Source: Candidatus Aenigmatarchaeota archaeon
Lineage (GTDB): Archaea > Aenigmatarchaeota > Aenigmatarchaeia > PWEA01
NCBI GenBank assembly: GCA_046539325.1
Contig: JBKHHD010000005.1
Location: forward strand, 2,165 to 66,164
Length of the DNA stretch: 64,000 nucleotides
Direction: 5' to 3'
Shown: positions 43,940 to 53,560 of the stretch, piece by piece
Numbering within the stretch: the stretch's first letter is position 1
How the letters are laid out: the number at the start of each line of letters is the position of its first letter
Made by a program: the position numbers and the translations under genes
The notes under the pieces: model-generated
Database searches by the model: none
The model's input: only the letters and a program-made list of their open reading frames with translations
What the model was told of the DNA's origin: nothing

Positions 43940-44635
43940 CTAGTTGCCGCGGTACAGCCTCTCTGCCAGACTGTCCGGTAACTTCGTTTGTCTTATGGCC
44001 GCGGTGACTTTTTCGATGTCGTACTCCGTTCTTCGGTGATCTACTGTCATGTTTTCTGTGTCGAAAACTGCGTAGCTTGCCCTGCTGTCGCCGTCCCTTG
44101 GTTGTCCTACGGAGCCTGGGTTTGCTATAAGACCCTTTTTTGTTTCCCGTCGAAAGGGTATGTGCGTATGTCCCAGGAGAATGACGTCAGTTTGCGTTTC
44201 CTCGAGGAAACCGTCAAGAACTTCGTCTTCCGTCTTCTCGCCTATGTATTCATTCAGCGGGTCTCTTGGACTTCCATGTGCTAGGAAAAGACCCTTCCCT
44301 TTTATATCGACTGCTTTGTACTCCTCGAGCTTCTCAAGGAAGTTCAGGCTTTCGTCCCGAATATTTTCCTTCGTCCACTCCGCAGCCTTGAGGGCATCCG
44401 GACTGAACCTTGCGGTTTTGCCGCCCAGAACCCTTTCATCGTGGTTGCCCTTTACACATATTTTCTTTGTTTCCGTTTCCTGTAGGGCTTCTATCGTTTT
44501 GTTGGGAAAGGGTCCGTATCCCACGATGTCGCCCAGGCAGACGAGCAGCTCTATGTCTTCTTTTCCCATTCCTTCTAGAACTGATTCCAGGGCAGGTAGG
44601 TTCGAGTGAACGTCGGAAATAACGCCTATTTTCAT
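43940..44635 (-). CDS. Calcineurin-like metallophosphoesterase
   Basis: MKIGVISDVHSN, LVCLGDIVGYGP, GNHD, and LLGHTHIP motifs. Confidence 0.75.
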   Translation of the reverse strand: MKIGVISDVHSNLPALESVLEGMGKEDIELLVCLGDIVGYGPFPNKTIEALQETETKKICVKGNHDERVLGGKTARFSPDALKAAEWTKENIRDESLNFLEKLEEYKAVDIKGKGLFLAHGSPRDPLNEYIGEKTEDEVLDGFLEETQTDVILLGHTHIPFRRETKKGLIANPGSVGQPRDGDSRASYAVFDTENMTVDHRRTEYDIEKVTAAIRQTKLPDSLAERLYRGN

Positions 44636-44677
44636 GTCTCTATAAAGTTTTATCTGTAGATTTAACTAAGTAAGTGT

Positions 44678-46156
44678 ATGTCCTCCGGGTTCAAGAGATT
44701 CTCCGCAGCCTTCGTATTTGTGTTGATGTTTGTCCTAGCCACAGCTCCGTCCGCAGCCTCTGTCATTCATAGAGTCGATATTCAGGGAGACGAAATCACG
44801 GTAAATTCGTCCTTTGTTACGGAAACGGACGAACCAACAGGCGGAACGAAAGTTACTTTGAGACAGGATGGAGATATGGAGATTATTTCTGTTGAAAGTT
44901 CGTCGGGGGAAGCCTCCTATACTGATCGTAACGGGAGCCTGGTACTGGAGACAGATTCCACTTTTCCGAGAAAAGAGCATAGTGTAAAGGTAAGATGGAG
45001 GCCAAAACAAGGGATCAGACAATCGTTTGAAGGACTCCGAAGACTCGACTTCGGACTGTTTGGGTTTGAGGACGAAGAAACCAAGGCAGTGGTGCAAAGC
45101 CCGGATATACTTTCGTGGCATGAGCCCCTTTCCTTCAGGTCACAGTATTTTAACAAAAGCCTGAGGTTTGAAGGCGAAGGCTATCTGTTGATAAGTGGCT
45201 ATATGTCCGATGAGGGCAGGACAACGGACACCTATTATTATTCTGGAAACCATAATCTTTCAGTAGTTGAAGAGCTTGTCCCTCTTGTGGAGTACGTCAC
45301 GGGAACCTTGAATCCACATGAGAGGATTCCTGTAGTTTTTCTTGGGGACGAGGCTTACAACGAAGAGTTTACAGAGTGGAGTAAAGGTACGTATGAGACC
45401 GGAGGACTTGTGGTTGTGCGCGACAGCCTCCAAGGTACTGATAGGATAAGCACGGTTCTTCATGAGACGGTACATGGATTTAATTCAAGAGCCTTGAAAT
45501 GGGATGAGACAAAAACTGACTACTACGATGAGGGGATGGCCAAGTTCGTAGAACTCCTTGTATCTGAAGCCATGAATTCACCGAGGGCTGAGATCTTTGG
45601 TGAAGAGGTTATATTTGAGGAGAATGGTAGCAGGTATAGACTCCCGCCAAGGTCTTCAGAAGAGGAACTTTGGAGTTACTACAGGGAAGAGGAAGACTGG
45701 ATAAAACACTGGTCTCCGAGAAGGGGAGAGTTTTCCGAAGCCAGGGAGTTCGGATACGCTCTCTCGGAGCTTATCGTTCGGAACAAGGTTGAGGAGGAAG
45801 GAGTTGAGTCTCTCCAGGATCTTCGCCGTAAACTTTCGCAGGTCGAGAGGAGAATCGAGGATCATGAGGAAAAAGCTGAACTAATGGAGCAGTGGATAGA
45901 TTTAAGACCTTGCTACAGTGAAAACAGGAGTGAGTTTGAAGCATGTCTTGACAATGTAAACGATCAGAGTTTTGATCTCGAAGAAATGAATCTTAACCAC
46001 ACCTTTGAAGATGACAGGGAAGAGATAGAGATTGAGGAGAGGGTTGTCGAAGAGGTGGATGCTTCGGGACAGATAGAACTTTTCTTCGAAAACTTTTTAC
46101 GGAACGTTGAGAGAGCTTTAGCAGGTGTTTCCCAATGGATCTCAAAGAGGCTTTAG
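44678..46156 (+). CDS. Secreted protein with HExxH zinc-metallopeptidase motif
   Basis: Sec-type signal peptide (MSSGFKRFSAAFVFVLMFVLATAPSAAS), HETVHGFN at about residue 265, and a downstream Glu (EGMAKFVE). Confidence 0.5.
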   Translation: MSSGFKRFSAAFVFVLMFVLATAPSAASVIHRVDIQGDEITVNSSFVTETDEPTGGTKVTLRQDGDMEIISVESSSGEASYTDRNGSLVLETDSTFPRKEHSVKVRWRPKQGIRQSFEGLRRLDFGLFGFEDEETKAVVQSPDILSWHEPLSFRSQYFNKSLRFEGEGYLLISGYMSDEGRTTDTYYYSGNHNLSVVEELVPLVEYVTGTLNPHERIPVVFLGDEAYNEEFTEWSKGTYETGGLVVVRDSLQGTDRISTVLHETVHGFNSRALKWDETKTDYYDEGMAKFVELLVSEAMNSPRAEIFGEEVIFEENGSRYRLPPRSSEEELWSYYREEEDWIKHWSPRRGEFSEAREFGYALSELIVRNKVEEEGVESLQDLRRKLSQVERRIEDHEEKAELMEQWIDLRPCYSENRSEFEACLDNVNDQSFDLEEMNLNHTFEDDREEIEIEERVVEEVDASGQIELFFENFLRNVERALAGVSQWISKRL

Positions 46157-46971
46157 AGGGCGAGCTTACAGAGGAAGAATTGGATTACCTTGTCAAGTCC
46201 TTCGAGGTTATAGGAGATATAGCTGTGATAGAGATTCCTGAGGAGCTGGAACACAGAAAGGAGCTTATAGGCGAGAAGTTGATGGAGCTTAACAGCCATA
46301 TACGTACAGTTCTCCGTGAAGTTTCAGGAAGGAAAGGGAAGTTCCGCACGAGAGATTATGAGTTTGTAGCTGGAGAGGAGGATACGGAAACTGTGCACAA
46401 GGAGCATGGCTGTCGCTTCAGGTTGGATCCTACAGAGATGTATTTTTCTGAGAGGGAAGGTAAGGAACGGGAGAGAATAGTTGAGCAGGTTGAGGAGGGG
46501 GAAGTTGTTATGGTTATGTTTGCAGGCGTTGGGCCCTTTCCAATAAGGATAGCAAGAGCTAAAGACGTGAAAAAAGTATATGCAGTCGAACTGAACCCCG
46601 AAGCTTACAAATATTTAGAGGAGAACGTTGAGCTGAACAAGCTTGAAGATAAAGTGATTCCAATGAAAGGCGATGTAAGGGACATTTGTCCTGAATACTT
46701 CGGACAGTGTGATAGAGTTGTTATGCCTCTTCCAAAGGGATCAGATAAGTTCCTTGATATGGCCGTCAAGTGCTTGAAGGCCGAAGGCATAGTTCATTAC
46801 TACAGCTGGAGCGAGGATGAGAATTTGTTTGAAGATTCATATAAGCTTTTGAAAAAAACTGCTTCCCAACAGAGCAAAACTCTCGAGGTCTTAGATAGGA
46901 GAAAGGTCCTTCCTTACGCCCCTGGCAAATGGAAGATCTGCCTTGACTGTCTCTTTGAGAATAAAAAATAA
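46135..46971 (+). CDS. Trm5/Taw2-family tRNA methyltransferase
   Basis: Class I methyltransferase core VVMVMFAGVGPFPIRIA...AVELNPEAYKYL...KGDVRDI is typical of archaeal Trm5b/Taw2. Confidence 0.7.
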   Translation: MDLKEALEGELTEEELDYLVKSFEVIGDIAVIEIPEELEHRKELIGEKLMELNSHIRTVLREVSGRKGKFRTRDYEFVAGEEDTETVHKEHGCRFRLDPTEMYFSEREGKERERIVEQVEEGEVVMVMFAGVGPFPIRIARAKDVKKVYAVELNPEAYKYLEENVELNKLEDKVIPMKGDVRDICPEYFGQCDRVVMPLPKGSDKFLDMAVKCLKAEGIVHYYSWSEDENLFEDSYKLLKKTASQQSKTLEVLDRRKVLPYAPGKWKICLDCLFENKK

Positions 46972-47000
46972 GAAAAGGACTGGTGGGGGTTTTTTGTTTC

Positions 47001-47267
47001 CTACTCTTCCATTGCTAACTTGTAAGCTACCATCAGGGCTCCTACAAGTACGAAGATCCATCCTATGAGACCGAAAAGGTAGGATCCCCAGGTAGCGAGT
47101 TGTGCTGCCTCTTCAACTACAAGCTCCGTCTGTCCAAAGGAGTAAGCAAGGAGGTAAAGTGCACCTGCTCCAGCGATCAGTGAAAATCCTCTCTTTGCTT
47201 TCTCCATTAGGCCTGCGTACTTAGCAAGTACGGGAGCCAAGAGGCAAACTAAAATGAATATTTCCAT
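47001..47267 (-). CDS. Small membrane protein
   Basis: 88 aa with three hydrophobic segments. Confidence 0.4.
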   Translation of the reverse strand: MEIFILVCLLAPVLAKYAGLMEKAKRGFSLIAGAGALYLLAYSFGQTELVVEEAAQLATWGSYLFGLIGWIFVLVGALMVAYKLAMEE

Positions 47268-47377
47268 GGTTTATCACGTATGATATCAATTGATATAGTT
47301 TATATATAAAGATGACCTCGATATGTGTCGATAAAGTCCATATTTAGTGTGTGTCGTGGAAGCTTCTTTCCAAGGAG

Positions 47378-47929
47378 CTATTGTTTAAATATCTGACCCT
47401 GAAAAGACTTTATCTCTGTGTAGTCTTTCCTCCAAGCCTGAGATGGAAGCCGGGCTTTCCTGCAGAGACCTTCTAAGTACTCTTCACAGTTCCAGTCTTG
47501 ATCGACAGGGACCTGAGGAAGCAGAAGACCTTCGTTTCCTTGTCCCTCTATCAACAGGCCGTGTTTACCCACCTCTATTTTCTTCAGGTAGTCCTCGGGC
47601 TCCTCTACTTCAACTTTCTCCGGTTCTGCTAGAACTGTAACTTCTATTTCGATGCTTTCGAGCCCCTCTGGCTTCAAGGGTGGGAACCTCCTGTCGTCAG
47701 CTGCGGACTGGGCGGCTCTCTTGACGGCTTCTCCGAGTGGAAAATCAGGAAAAGGAAGTCCAACACAGCCTCTAAGCTCTCCGTTCTTGTTCAGGGTAAC
47801 GAAGACACCCTTTTCTTCCTCTAAAAAATCCTCGTTAGGGACCTCCGGAAGATCCTCGTTTCTAACGTAGCTCTCCAGGACCTTGCGAGCGTACCTTACA
47901 ATTTCCTCGCCTTGTTCTTCGGTAAGCAT
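47378..47929 (-). CDS. AMMECR1 domain protein
   Basis: LRGCVGLPFP and GKHGLLIEGQGNEGLLLPQV motifs. Confidence 0.8.
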   Translation of the reverse strand: MLTEEQGEEIVRYARKVLESYVRNEDLPEVPNEDFLEEEKGVFVTLNKNGELRGCVGLPFPDFPLGEAVKRAAQSAADDRRFPPLKPEGLESIEIEVTVLAEPEKVEVEEPEDYLKKIEVGKHGLLIEGQGNEGLLLPQVPVDQDWNCEEYLEGLCRKARLPSQAWRKDYTEIKSFQGQIFKQ

Positions 47930-47958
47930 ATGGAAACTTGTTGTTTTTGGAATAAAAA

Positions 47959-48036
47959 TGGTAGCGGGGGGACGATTTGAACGTCCGACCTCCGGGTTAT
48001 GAGCCCGACGAGCACTCCAGGCTGCTCTACCCCGCT
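47959..48036 (-). tRNA. Initiator tRNA-Met (CAU), CCA encoded
   Basis: Minus-strand sequence AGCGGGGUAGAGCAGCCUGGAGUGCUCGUCGGGCUCAUAACCCGGAGGUCGGACGUUCAAAUCGUCCCCCCGCUACCA. A1:U72 pair, three G:C pairs in the anticodon stem, CAU anticodon and a GUUCAAAUC T-loop. Confidence 0.85.
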
Positions 48037-48136
48037 ATATTTCTACCTTAATTGAATTGTTAGGTAAGCTTTTAAACTTTTTGAATTTCAACGAATCTTA
48101 TTAACCTCAAGAATAGTTCCTTAAAAGGTGATTTAA

Positions 48137-48811
48137 ATGACGAAACTGGTTCTTGGCGTGGACGAAGCAGGCAGAGGAGCGGTTGTAGGTCCTTTGTGTA
48201 TAGCGGCCGTTGTTGTGGAGGAAGGGAAGGAGAAGGAGCTGGACGATATGGGAGTTGATGATTCGAAGAAACTGAGCCGGAGCAGGAGGGAGGAGCTGGA
48301 GGAGAAAATAAAGAAGGTAGCCGAAGACTTTGCTGTTCTGAAGATAGATGCCAATACGATAGATGAGGAGATGAAACGGAAGAGTTTGAATCTCATAGAA
48401 TCGGTGAGGATGGCAGAGCTTATAGAGACCTTAAAGCCTGGTAAAGCAATAGTTGATGCCACAGAAGCGAAGACTGAAAAGGTCAAGAAAACCATTCAGG
48501 GCCTTCTCAGTGAAAAAGTCAAAGATAAGGTCGAGATAGTTTCTGAGAACCGTGCGGACGAAAACTATGCCGTGGTTTCCGCTGCCTCAATCCTTGCGAA
48601 GGTTACACGGGATAATTCTGTCTTGGAGATAGAAAAGGACATAGAGGAGGAAATAGGTAATGGATATCCAAGTGATCCAAGAACCAAGGAGTTTCTTGAG
48701 AGAATTATGAAGGATAAAGGAAGTTTTCCGGGAGTAGTTAGAGAGAGCTGGGTCACGGCAGAAAGAATAGCTGAAAGGAAGGAGCAGGAAGACTTATCTG
48801 GTTTCTGTTAG
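48137..48811 (+). CDS. rnhB: Ribonuclease HII
   Basis: LVLGVDEAGRGAVVGPLCIAAVVV and DDSKKLS motifs. 224 aa. Confidence 0.85.
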   Translation: MTKLVLGVDEAGRGAVVGPLCIAAVVVEEGKEKELDDMGVDDSKKLSRSRREELEEKIKKVAEDFAVLKIDANTIDEEMKRKSLNLIESVRMAELIETLKPGKAIVDATEAKTEKVKKTIQGLLSEKVKDKVEIVSENRADENYAVVSAASILAKVTRDNSVLEIEKDIEEEIGNGYPSDPRTKEFLERIMKDKGSFPGVVRESWVTAERIAERKEQEDLSGFC

Positions 48812-49435
48812 AGGGAAGATCAACAAGGAAAGAACTGCTAGAATTACTAAGGACAAGTTGCTATACGCTGGTGCTATGAAGGGTCCATAATCACCTGTCC
48901 TTTCGTCCTCGGTTTCAATTTCAATGCTTTCAACATTCTGCCATTCCTCTTCTTCAGTTTCATTGTCTAGACTTTTTAACTGTATATTTACTTTTGCATA
49001 GTCATTAGTCATTCCGAGCATGGCATTCATTATAAAGTGTGTTTCTTCACCGGGGTCTAGGCCAACTTCTCTGATTTCAGGAGGTTCGTGATATTGTGAG
49101 TTTGCATGCTCATCACTACAATCACCTAAATCCGGACAGTCAAAGTTCCAGTTGATCCACCCATCAGGTTCTTCCTCAAGGGGACCTCTTACATCCAGAT
49201 CGTACTCCGTGTTTCCAGTGTTTGTCATTTCTATTCGACAGTTGCCTGTTTCACCTGCCCGTTTGTTTATTGTATCGTCTTCTGGTCCCGTGCAGTCTGT
49301 GATATTGACGTCTATATGTAATGTTGGCTCTACAACTACAGTCATATTCTCATCAAAGCCATCAGCGAACGTCACATTGCTCATAAGAGGAAGTACTAGA
49401 AAGAGAACGGCTAAAAATACAAGCACTTTTTTCAT
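48794..49435 (-). CDS. Secreted acidic protein with Sec signal peptide and C-terminal TM anchor (PGF-CTERM-like)
   Basis: MKKVLVFLAVLFLVLPLMSNVTFA signal peptide. C-terminal GPFIAPAYSNLSLVILAVLSLLIFPLTETR. Confidence 0.5.
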   Translation of the reverse strand: MKKVLVFLAVLFLVLPLMSNVTFADGFDENMTVVVEPTLHIDVNITDCTGPEDDTINKRAGETGNCRIEMTNTGNTEYDLDVRGPLEEEPDGWINWNFDCPDLGDCSDEHANSQYHEPPEIREVGLDPGEETHFIMNAMLGMTNDYAKVNIQLKSLDNETEEEEWQNVESIEIETEDERTGDYGPFIAPAYSNLSLVILAVLSLLIFPLTETR

Positions 49436-49524
49436 AAAATCAAAATTAGTGTCTAGACTTAAATAAATTATTTAAGTGAAAACTATAAAAGACAGTTTAA
49501 CCTAAACTGTGAGGTAATGGTATT

Positions 49525-49773
49525 ATGGATAATGACAAGCTCTTAACCTCTGTTCATGCCATAATGGGTGCTGTTTCCGGCTATCTTTCCAACTTTACGG
49601 GGCAGCCTAGCCATGCTCTGGCAGTGGCTATTGCAATCTTGCTAGTAACTGGAAATGTTTCCAGATATCTAGCGGATGCCGAAGACAAAGGTGCAAAATG
49701 GTGGTTAGGGAACAGTGTAGCACCTTTCTTCCTTATCTGGGCAGTCTTCGCAGTACTTTTCTACAACCTATAA
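49525..49773 (+). CDS. Small membrane protein
   Basis: 82 aa with two to three hydrophobic helices. Confidence 0.4.
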   Translation: MDNDKLLTSVHAIMGAVSGYLSNFTGQPSHALAVAIAILLVTGNVSRYLADAEDKGAKWWLGNSVAPFFLIWAVFAVLFYNL

Positions 49774-49782
49774 GGTGAAACC

Positions 49783-51087
49783 ATGGATAGGAAACATAGT
49801 TCTGAAATAGATGGAAGTTCAGACGAAGCTAAGATCCAGGGCTGGCTTAGAGAGAAGAGGGATCTAGGAAGTATAATGTTTCTTATAATCGCTGATAGAA
49901 AGGGTGAAATACAGGTCACTGTAAAGGAGGATGAAGTTAGCGAAGAGCTTGTCGAGAAGGCGGAAAGCGTTACGCGTGAGTCCGTTGTATCTGTCGAAGG
50001 AACTGTGGAAGAAAACGAGCAGGCTCCTGGTGGAAGGGAACTGCATCCTCGGACCTTTGAAGTTCTTTCGGAAGCGAAGAAACCACTACCCATGGATCCA
50101 AGAGGCAAACAGGAGGCTAACCTGGCTACACGTTTAGACAGCAGATTTATGGACCTCAGAAGGAAGGATAAAAGGGCTATTTTTGAGGTAAGGGACGCGG
50201 CCTGCAGCGGAGCCAGAGCTTGTCTTGAGGAAAACGACTTCATGGAAGTTCACACACCTAAGATAACTGTTTCAGGAACGGAAGGCGGCGCTGAGGTTTT
50301 CCCTATAATATACTACGAGAAAGAAGCCTTTTTGGTTCAGTCCGCACAGCTTTACAAACAGCTTATGCAGGCTGCAGGCGCTGAAAAGGTATACGAAATA
50401 ACTCCTCAATGGAGAGCTGAAAAGAGCAGGACACCGAGGCATTTAACGGAGTCCTTTTCCGTGGACATGGAGATGTCATTTATAGAGGATCAGGAGGACG
50501 TCATGAAGGTTCAGGAAAAGGTCGTAAAAGCTATGGTCGAAAGTATAAAGAAAAAGGCCGGTGATCAGCTTGAAGAGCTTGATACCGATTTAAAGATACC
50601 TGAACTCCCGCTGAAAAGGCTAACCTACGATGAAGCTCTGGAAATGGCGGCAGAAGAAGGCGAGGAAATAGAGTGGGGCGAGGACATAAACATAAAGGCT
50701 ATGAGGAAGATAGCCGATAGACTAAAGGAACAGGGCCATGACTTCTACTTCATAAAAAGATGGCCCGCAAGCGAGAAGGCCTTTTACTACAGGCCTGATC
50801 CAGAGGACAGTAAGTATACGCAGACCTTTGACCTGAACTACCGATCCTGGGAACTTTCCTCCGGTGGTCAGAGGATACACGACCTGGAGCTTCTGAAGAG
50901 GAGGATAGAGGAGCAGGGGATGGATCCAAGTGAGATGGAGTTCTATCTGGACGCGTTCCGGTACGGCATGCCTCCGCACGGAGGTTTTGGAATGGGTTTG
51001 GATAGGTTCGTTGCCAGTGTTCTAGATATTGAAAACGTGAAGGAGACTGTGCTTTTCCCGAGAACTCCTGACAGGCTTGAGCCGTAA
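49783..51087 (+). CDS. aspS: Aspartyl-tRNA synthetase (archaeal type, class IIb)
   Basis: N-terminal OB-fold region. Class II motifs FEVRDAACSG..., QSAQLYKQ, GGQRIHD and GMPPHGGFGMGLDRFV. 434 aa. Confidence 0.85.
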   Translation: MDRKHSSEIDGSSDEAKIQGWLREKRDLGSIMFLIIADRKGEIQVTVKEDEVSEELVEKAESVTRESVVSVEGTVEENEQAPGGRELHPRTFEVLSEAKKPLPMDPRGKQEANLATRLDSRFMDLRRKDKRAIFEVRDAACSGARACLEENDFMEVHTPKITVSGTEGGAEVFPIIYYEKEAFLVQSAQLYKQLMQAAGAEKVYEITPQWRAEKSRTPRHLTESFSVDMEMSFIEDQEDVMKVQEKVVKAMVESIKKKAGDQLEELDTDLKIPELPLKRLTYDEALEMAAEEGEEIEWGEDINIKAMRKIADRLKEQGHDFYFIKRWPASEKAFYYRPDPEDSKYTQTFDLNYRSWELSSGGQRIHDLELLKRRIEEQGMDPSEMEFYLDAFRYGMPPHGGFGMGLDRFVASVLDIENVKETVLFPRTPDRLEP

Positions 51088-51100
51088 AAGATAAAAAATT

Positions 51101-51301
51101 ATGAGGTTTTTGTGTATGAGCTGGGATATAAATAAAGACAAGTGCCTGAGGTGTGGTGGCTGCGTTGCCGTGTGTCCTGTACAGGCACTTGAACTGACGG
51201 AGAACGGAGTACAGGTAGATGAGGATGAATGTATAGATTGCGGAAACTGCGAGAAAGTATGTCCCGTAGGAGCCATAGTTGTAAAGGGTGATAACGAATG
51301 A
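51101..51301 (+). CDS. 2x[4Fe-4S] ferredoxin
   Basis: CLRCGGCVAVCP and CIDCGNCEKVCP motifs. 4-nt overlap with the GGR start. Confidence 0.75.
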   Translation: MRFLCMSWDINKDKCLRCGGCVAVCPVQALELTENGVQVDEDECIDCGNCEKVCPVGAIVVKGDNE

Positions 51302-52464
51302 AGGACGTTGTAATTGTCGGTGCTGGTCCAGCTGGATGCTCTGCTGCGAAGGATCTTGCCGACGAAGGCTACGACGTAGTTGTATACGAGAAGAGGCAGG
51401 AGATAGGAGCTCCTAAGAGGTGTGGTGAAGGGCTTTCTTCCGCAGCTATAGAAAACTTCGGATTGGATATACCTGAATACTGCAGGATGCAGCCGGTGAA
51501 TGGTGCGCTTGTTTTCTCTCCTAACAAGGATAGGGTAAGTATAAACTCAGAGGAAACGGTTGGATGGATTTTGGAGAGGAAGGCCTTCGACAAGTGGATG
51601 GCCGAGAGGGCAGCAAAAGCAGGTGCTAAAGTACGTGCCAAGGCAAATGTTGTCGACCTATTACCTCAAAACAAAGGCGTAGTGGTGGAGGTCGAAGGAG
51701 AGACAAAGAGAGTGGAATCGAGGATGGTAATAGCTGCAGACGGCGTTGAGTCGCTTGTCGCCAAGAAGGCAGGTGTGAAAAGCCACTCGGACCTGGAAGT
51801 AGTTGACTCTGGCTACCAGTACGAAATGGTAAGCCTGGATCTGAAGGATGAGAATAAGCTGGAGCTTTACTTTGGTGATGATGTAGCACCTAGAGGTTAT
51901 GTCTGGGTGTTTCCGAAGGGTGAAAGCAAAGCTAACGTTGGAATAGGCATAGCCGGTGATTTAGAGGAAACGGCCAGGTATTATCTAGAAAGGTTTATCG
52001 AGACCAGAGATAGATTTAAAAATGCTTCAATAGTTGAGGTAAACTCCGGTATGATTCCTGTTGGAGGTTTTCTCGAGAATATGACTGCGGACAACTTCCT
52101 TGCTGTCGGTGACGCAGCAAATCAGGTTAATCCTATACACGGAGGAGGTATCCGCGAGGGAATAAAGGCAGGTAAAATAGCCTCAAAGGTCGTAAACAGA
52201 GCTTTGGAGAGAGATGGAACGTCCGAGGAGGAGTTGGATATTTATAACCATATGTGGTGGGAGGAAAGAGGTAAGGATTTGAGGAAGGTGGAAAAGCTAA
52301 GGGAGGTTCTAGAAGATCTCAGTGACGAGGACCTCAACTACCTTGCTAAGAAGCTTGAGGGACAGGACCTGATGGACTTTTCACAGGGGAAGAGGCTCTC
52401 AAAGCTCGGTAAACTTTTGCTTAAGAGACCGAAGATGATAAAGTCGGCAAGAAAGCTTCTCTAA
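51298..52464 (+). CDS. Geranylgeranyl reductase family flavoprotein (digeranylgeranylglycerophospholipid reductase)
   Basis: VVIVGAGPAGCSAAKDLA FAD-binding motif with PKRCGEGLS. 388 aa. Confidence 0.85.
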   Translation: MKDVVIVGAGPAGCSAAKDLADEGYDVVVYEKRQEIGAPKRCGEGLSSAAIENFGLDIPEYCRMQPVNGALVFSPNKDRVSINSEETVGWILERKAFDKWMAERAAKAGAKVRAKANVVDLLPQNKGVVVEVEGETKRVESRMVIAADGVESLVAKKAGVKSHSDLEVVDSGYQYEMVSLDLKDENKLELYFGDDVAPRGYVWVFPKGESKANVGIGIAGDLEETARYYLERFIETRDRFKNASIVEVNSGMIPVGGFLENMTADNFLAVGDAANQVNPIHGGGIREGIKAGKIASKVVNRALERDGTSEEELDIYNHMWWEERGKDLRKVEKLREVLEDLSDEDLNYLAKKLEGQDLMDFSQGKRLSKLGKLLLKRPKMIKSARKLL

Positions 52465-52517
52465 ATGATTTTGTAAAGCTAAGCTTTTTAAGGCATTCCT
52501 CCAAAACAATAGAAAGG

Positions 52518-52727
52518 GTGAAATATATGGCTGAATTACCACTTGCACCGCTCAAAAGGATTGCTAAGAACTCTGGAGCCAATAGGGTTTCTGAAGAGGC
52601 TGTCGAAGAGCTCAGGGACGTTGTCGAGGATATAGCCGAAGACCTCGCCAAGGACGCGGTAACTGCTACAAAGCACGCCGGTAGAGTTACAGTGAAGAAA
52701 GAAGACGTTGATCTGGTAACGAGGTAG
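52518..52727 (+). CDS. Archaeal histone (HMf-like histone fold)
   Basis: MAELPLAPLKRIAKNSGANRVSEEAVEELRDVVEDIA...KHAGRVTVKKEDVDL aligns with HMfB along its length. Confidence 0.8.
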   Translation: MKYMAELPLAPLKRIAKNSGANRVSEEAVEELRDVVEDIAEDLAKDAVTATKHAGRVTVKKEDVDLVTR

Positions 52728-52732
52728 AAAAT

Positions 52733-53122
52733 ATGCCAACGAAGCAGGATCAGATAAAGAACATCAAGGAAGGCGACTACATAGTGATAGATGGAGAGCC
52801 CTGTGTAGCTACAAAACGGAAGACTTCTTCAGCAGGAAAGCACGGTTCTACGAAGGTAAGGCTTCGTACAAGAGGTATCATAGACGATCGGAAGAGACAG
52901 ATAGTTAAGCCGTCGGATGCCAAGGTCAAGGTTCCTATCATCGATAAGAAAGCTGCTCAAGTAATTTCAGTTTCCGGTGACTCCGTTCAACTGATGGACC
53001 TTGAATCGTACGATACCTTTGAGATAGCAATCCCGGACGACTATGACTACGAGCTAGAGGAAGGAGACGAAGTAGAGTACTGGAAGGTCATGGGCGACAA
53101 GTTACTCAAAGGCAAGAAGTAA
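52733..53122 (+). CDS. Translation initiation factor 5A
   Basis: KTSSAGKHGSTKVRL hypusine-site motif. SH3-like N-domain and OB C-domain. 129 aa. Confidence 0.85.
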   Translation: MPTKQDQIKNIKEGDYIVIDGEPCVATKRKTSSAGKHGSTKVRLRTRGIIDDRKRQIVKPSDAKVKVPIIDKKAAQVISVSGDSVQLMDLESYDTFEIAIPDDYDYELEEGDEVEYWKVMGDKLLKGKK

Positions 53123-53194
53123 ACCCCTACTTCTTTTCTATCTTATTTTCGGATTTTTTAAGAGATTTAAGTCTTTTCCTTCAAGTAACGGTTC

Positions 53195-53506
53195 ATGGGC
53201 CCCAAGACAAGCATACGTTTTAATAAGGAACTACTTGAAGATATCGATAAAAGGGCAGATGACTTGGGTTTGAGTAGAAGTGAATACTTGAGAGAGGTTG
53301 CGAAAAGAGATGTATATGGTTCTGATTTTTCTGACCTTCCTTCTGAGGAGTCTTCTTCAGAGAAATCTTATGAGATCAGGATAGAGGTTGGGGGATATGA
53401 AATTTACATCGGAGGCCAAGGTTTTGATAGCCAGGAAGAATTAGAAGAGGATAGATCCAAGGCCGTGGAAGATGTTGTTAAATGTTACAAGGAAATAAAG
53501 GACTAA
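53195..53506 (+). CDS. Ribbon-helix-helix (CopG/Arc-type) DNA-binding protein with acidic tail
   Basis: N-terminal TSIRFNKELLEDIDKRADDLGLSRSEYLREV has the beta-strand plus two-helix RHH pattern. Confidence 0.55.
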   Translation: MGPKTSIRFNKELLEDIDKRADDLGLSRSEYLREVAKRDVYGSDFSDLPSEESSSEKSYEIRIEVGGYEIYIGGQGFDSQEELEEDRSKAVEDVVKCYKEIKD

Positions 53507-53560
53507 CTTTCTTTGGAAAAGCTATTAAATAGTCTCGCATAATTTCAATGTGGTTATACG

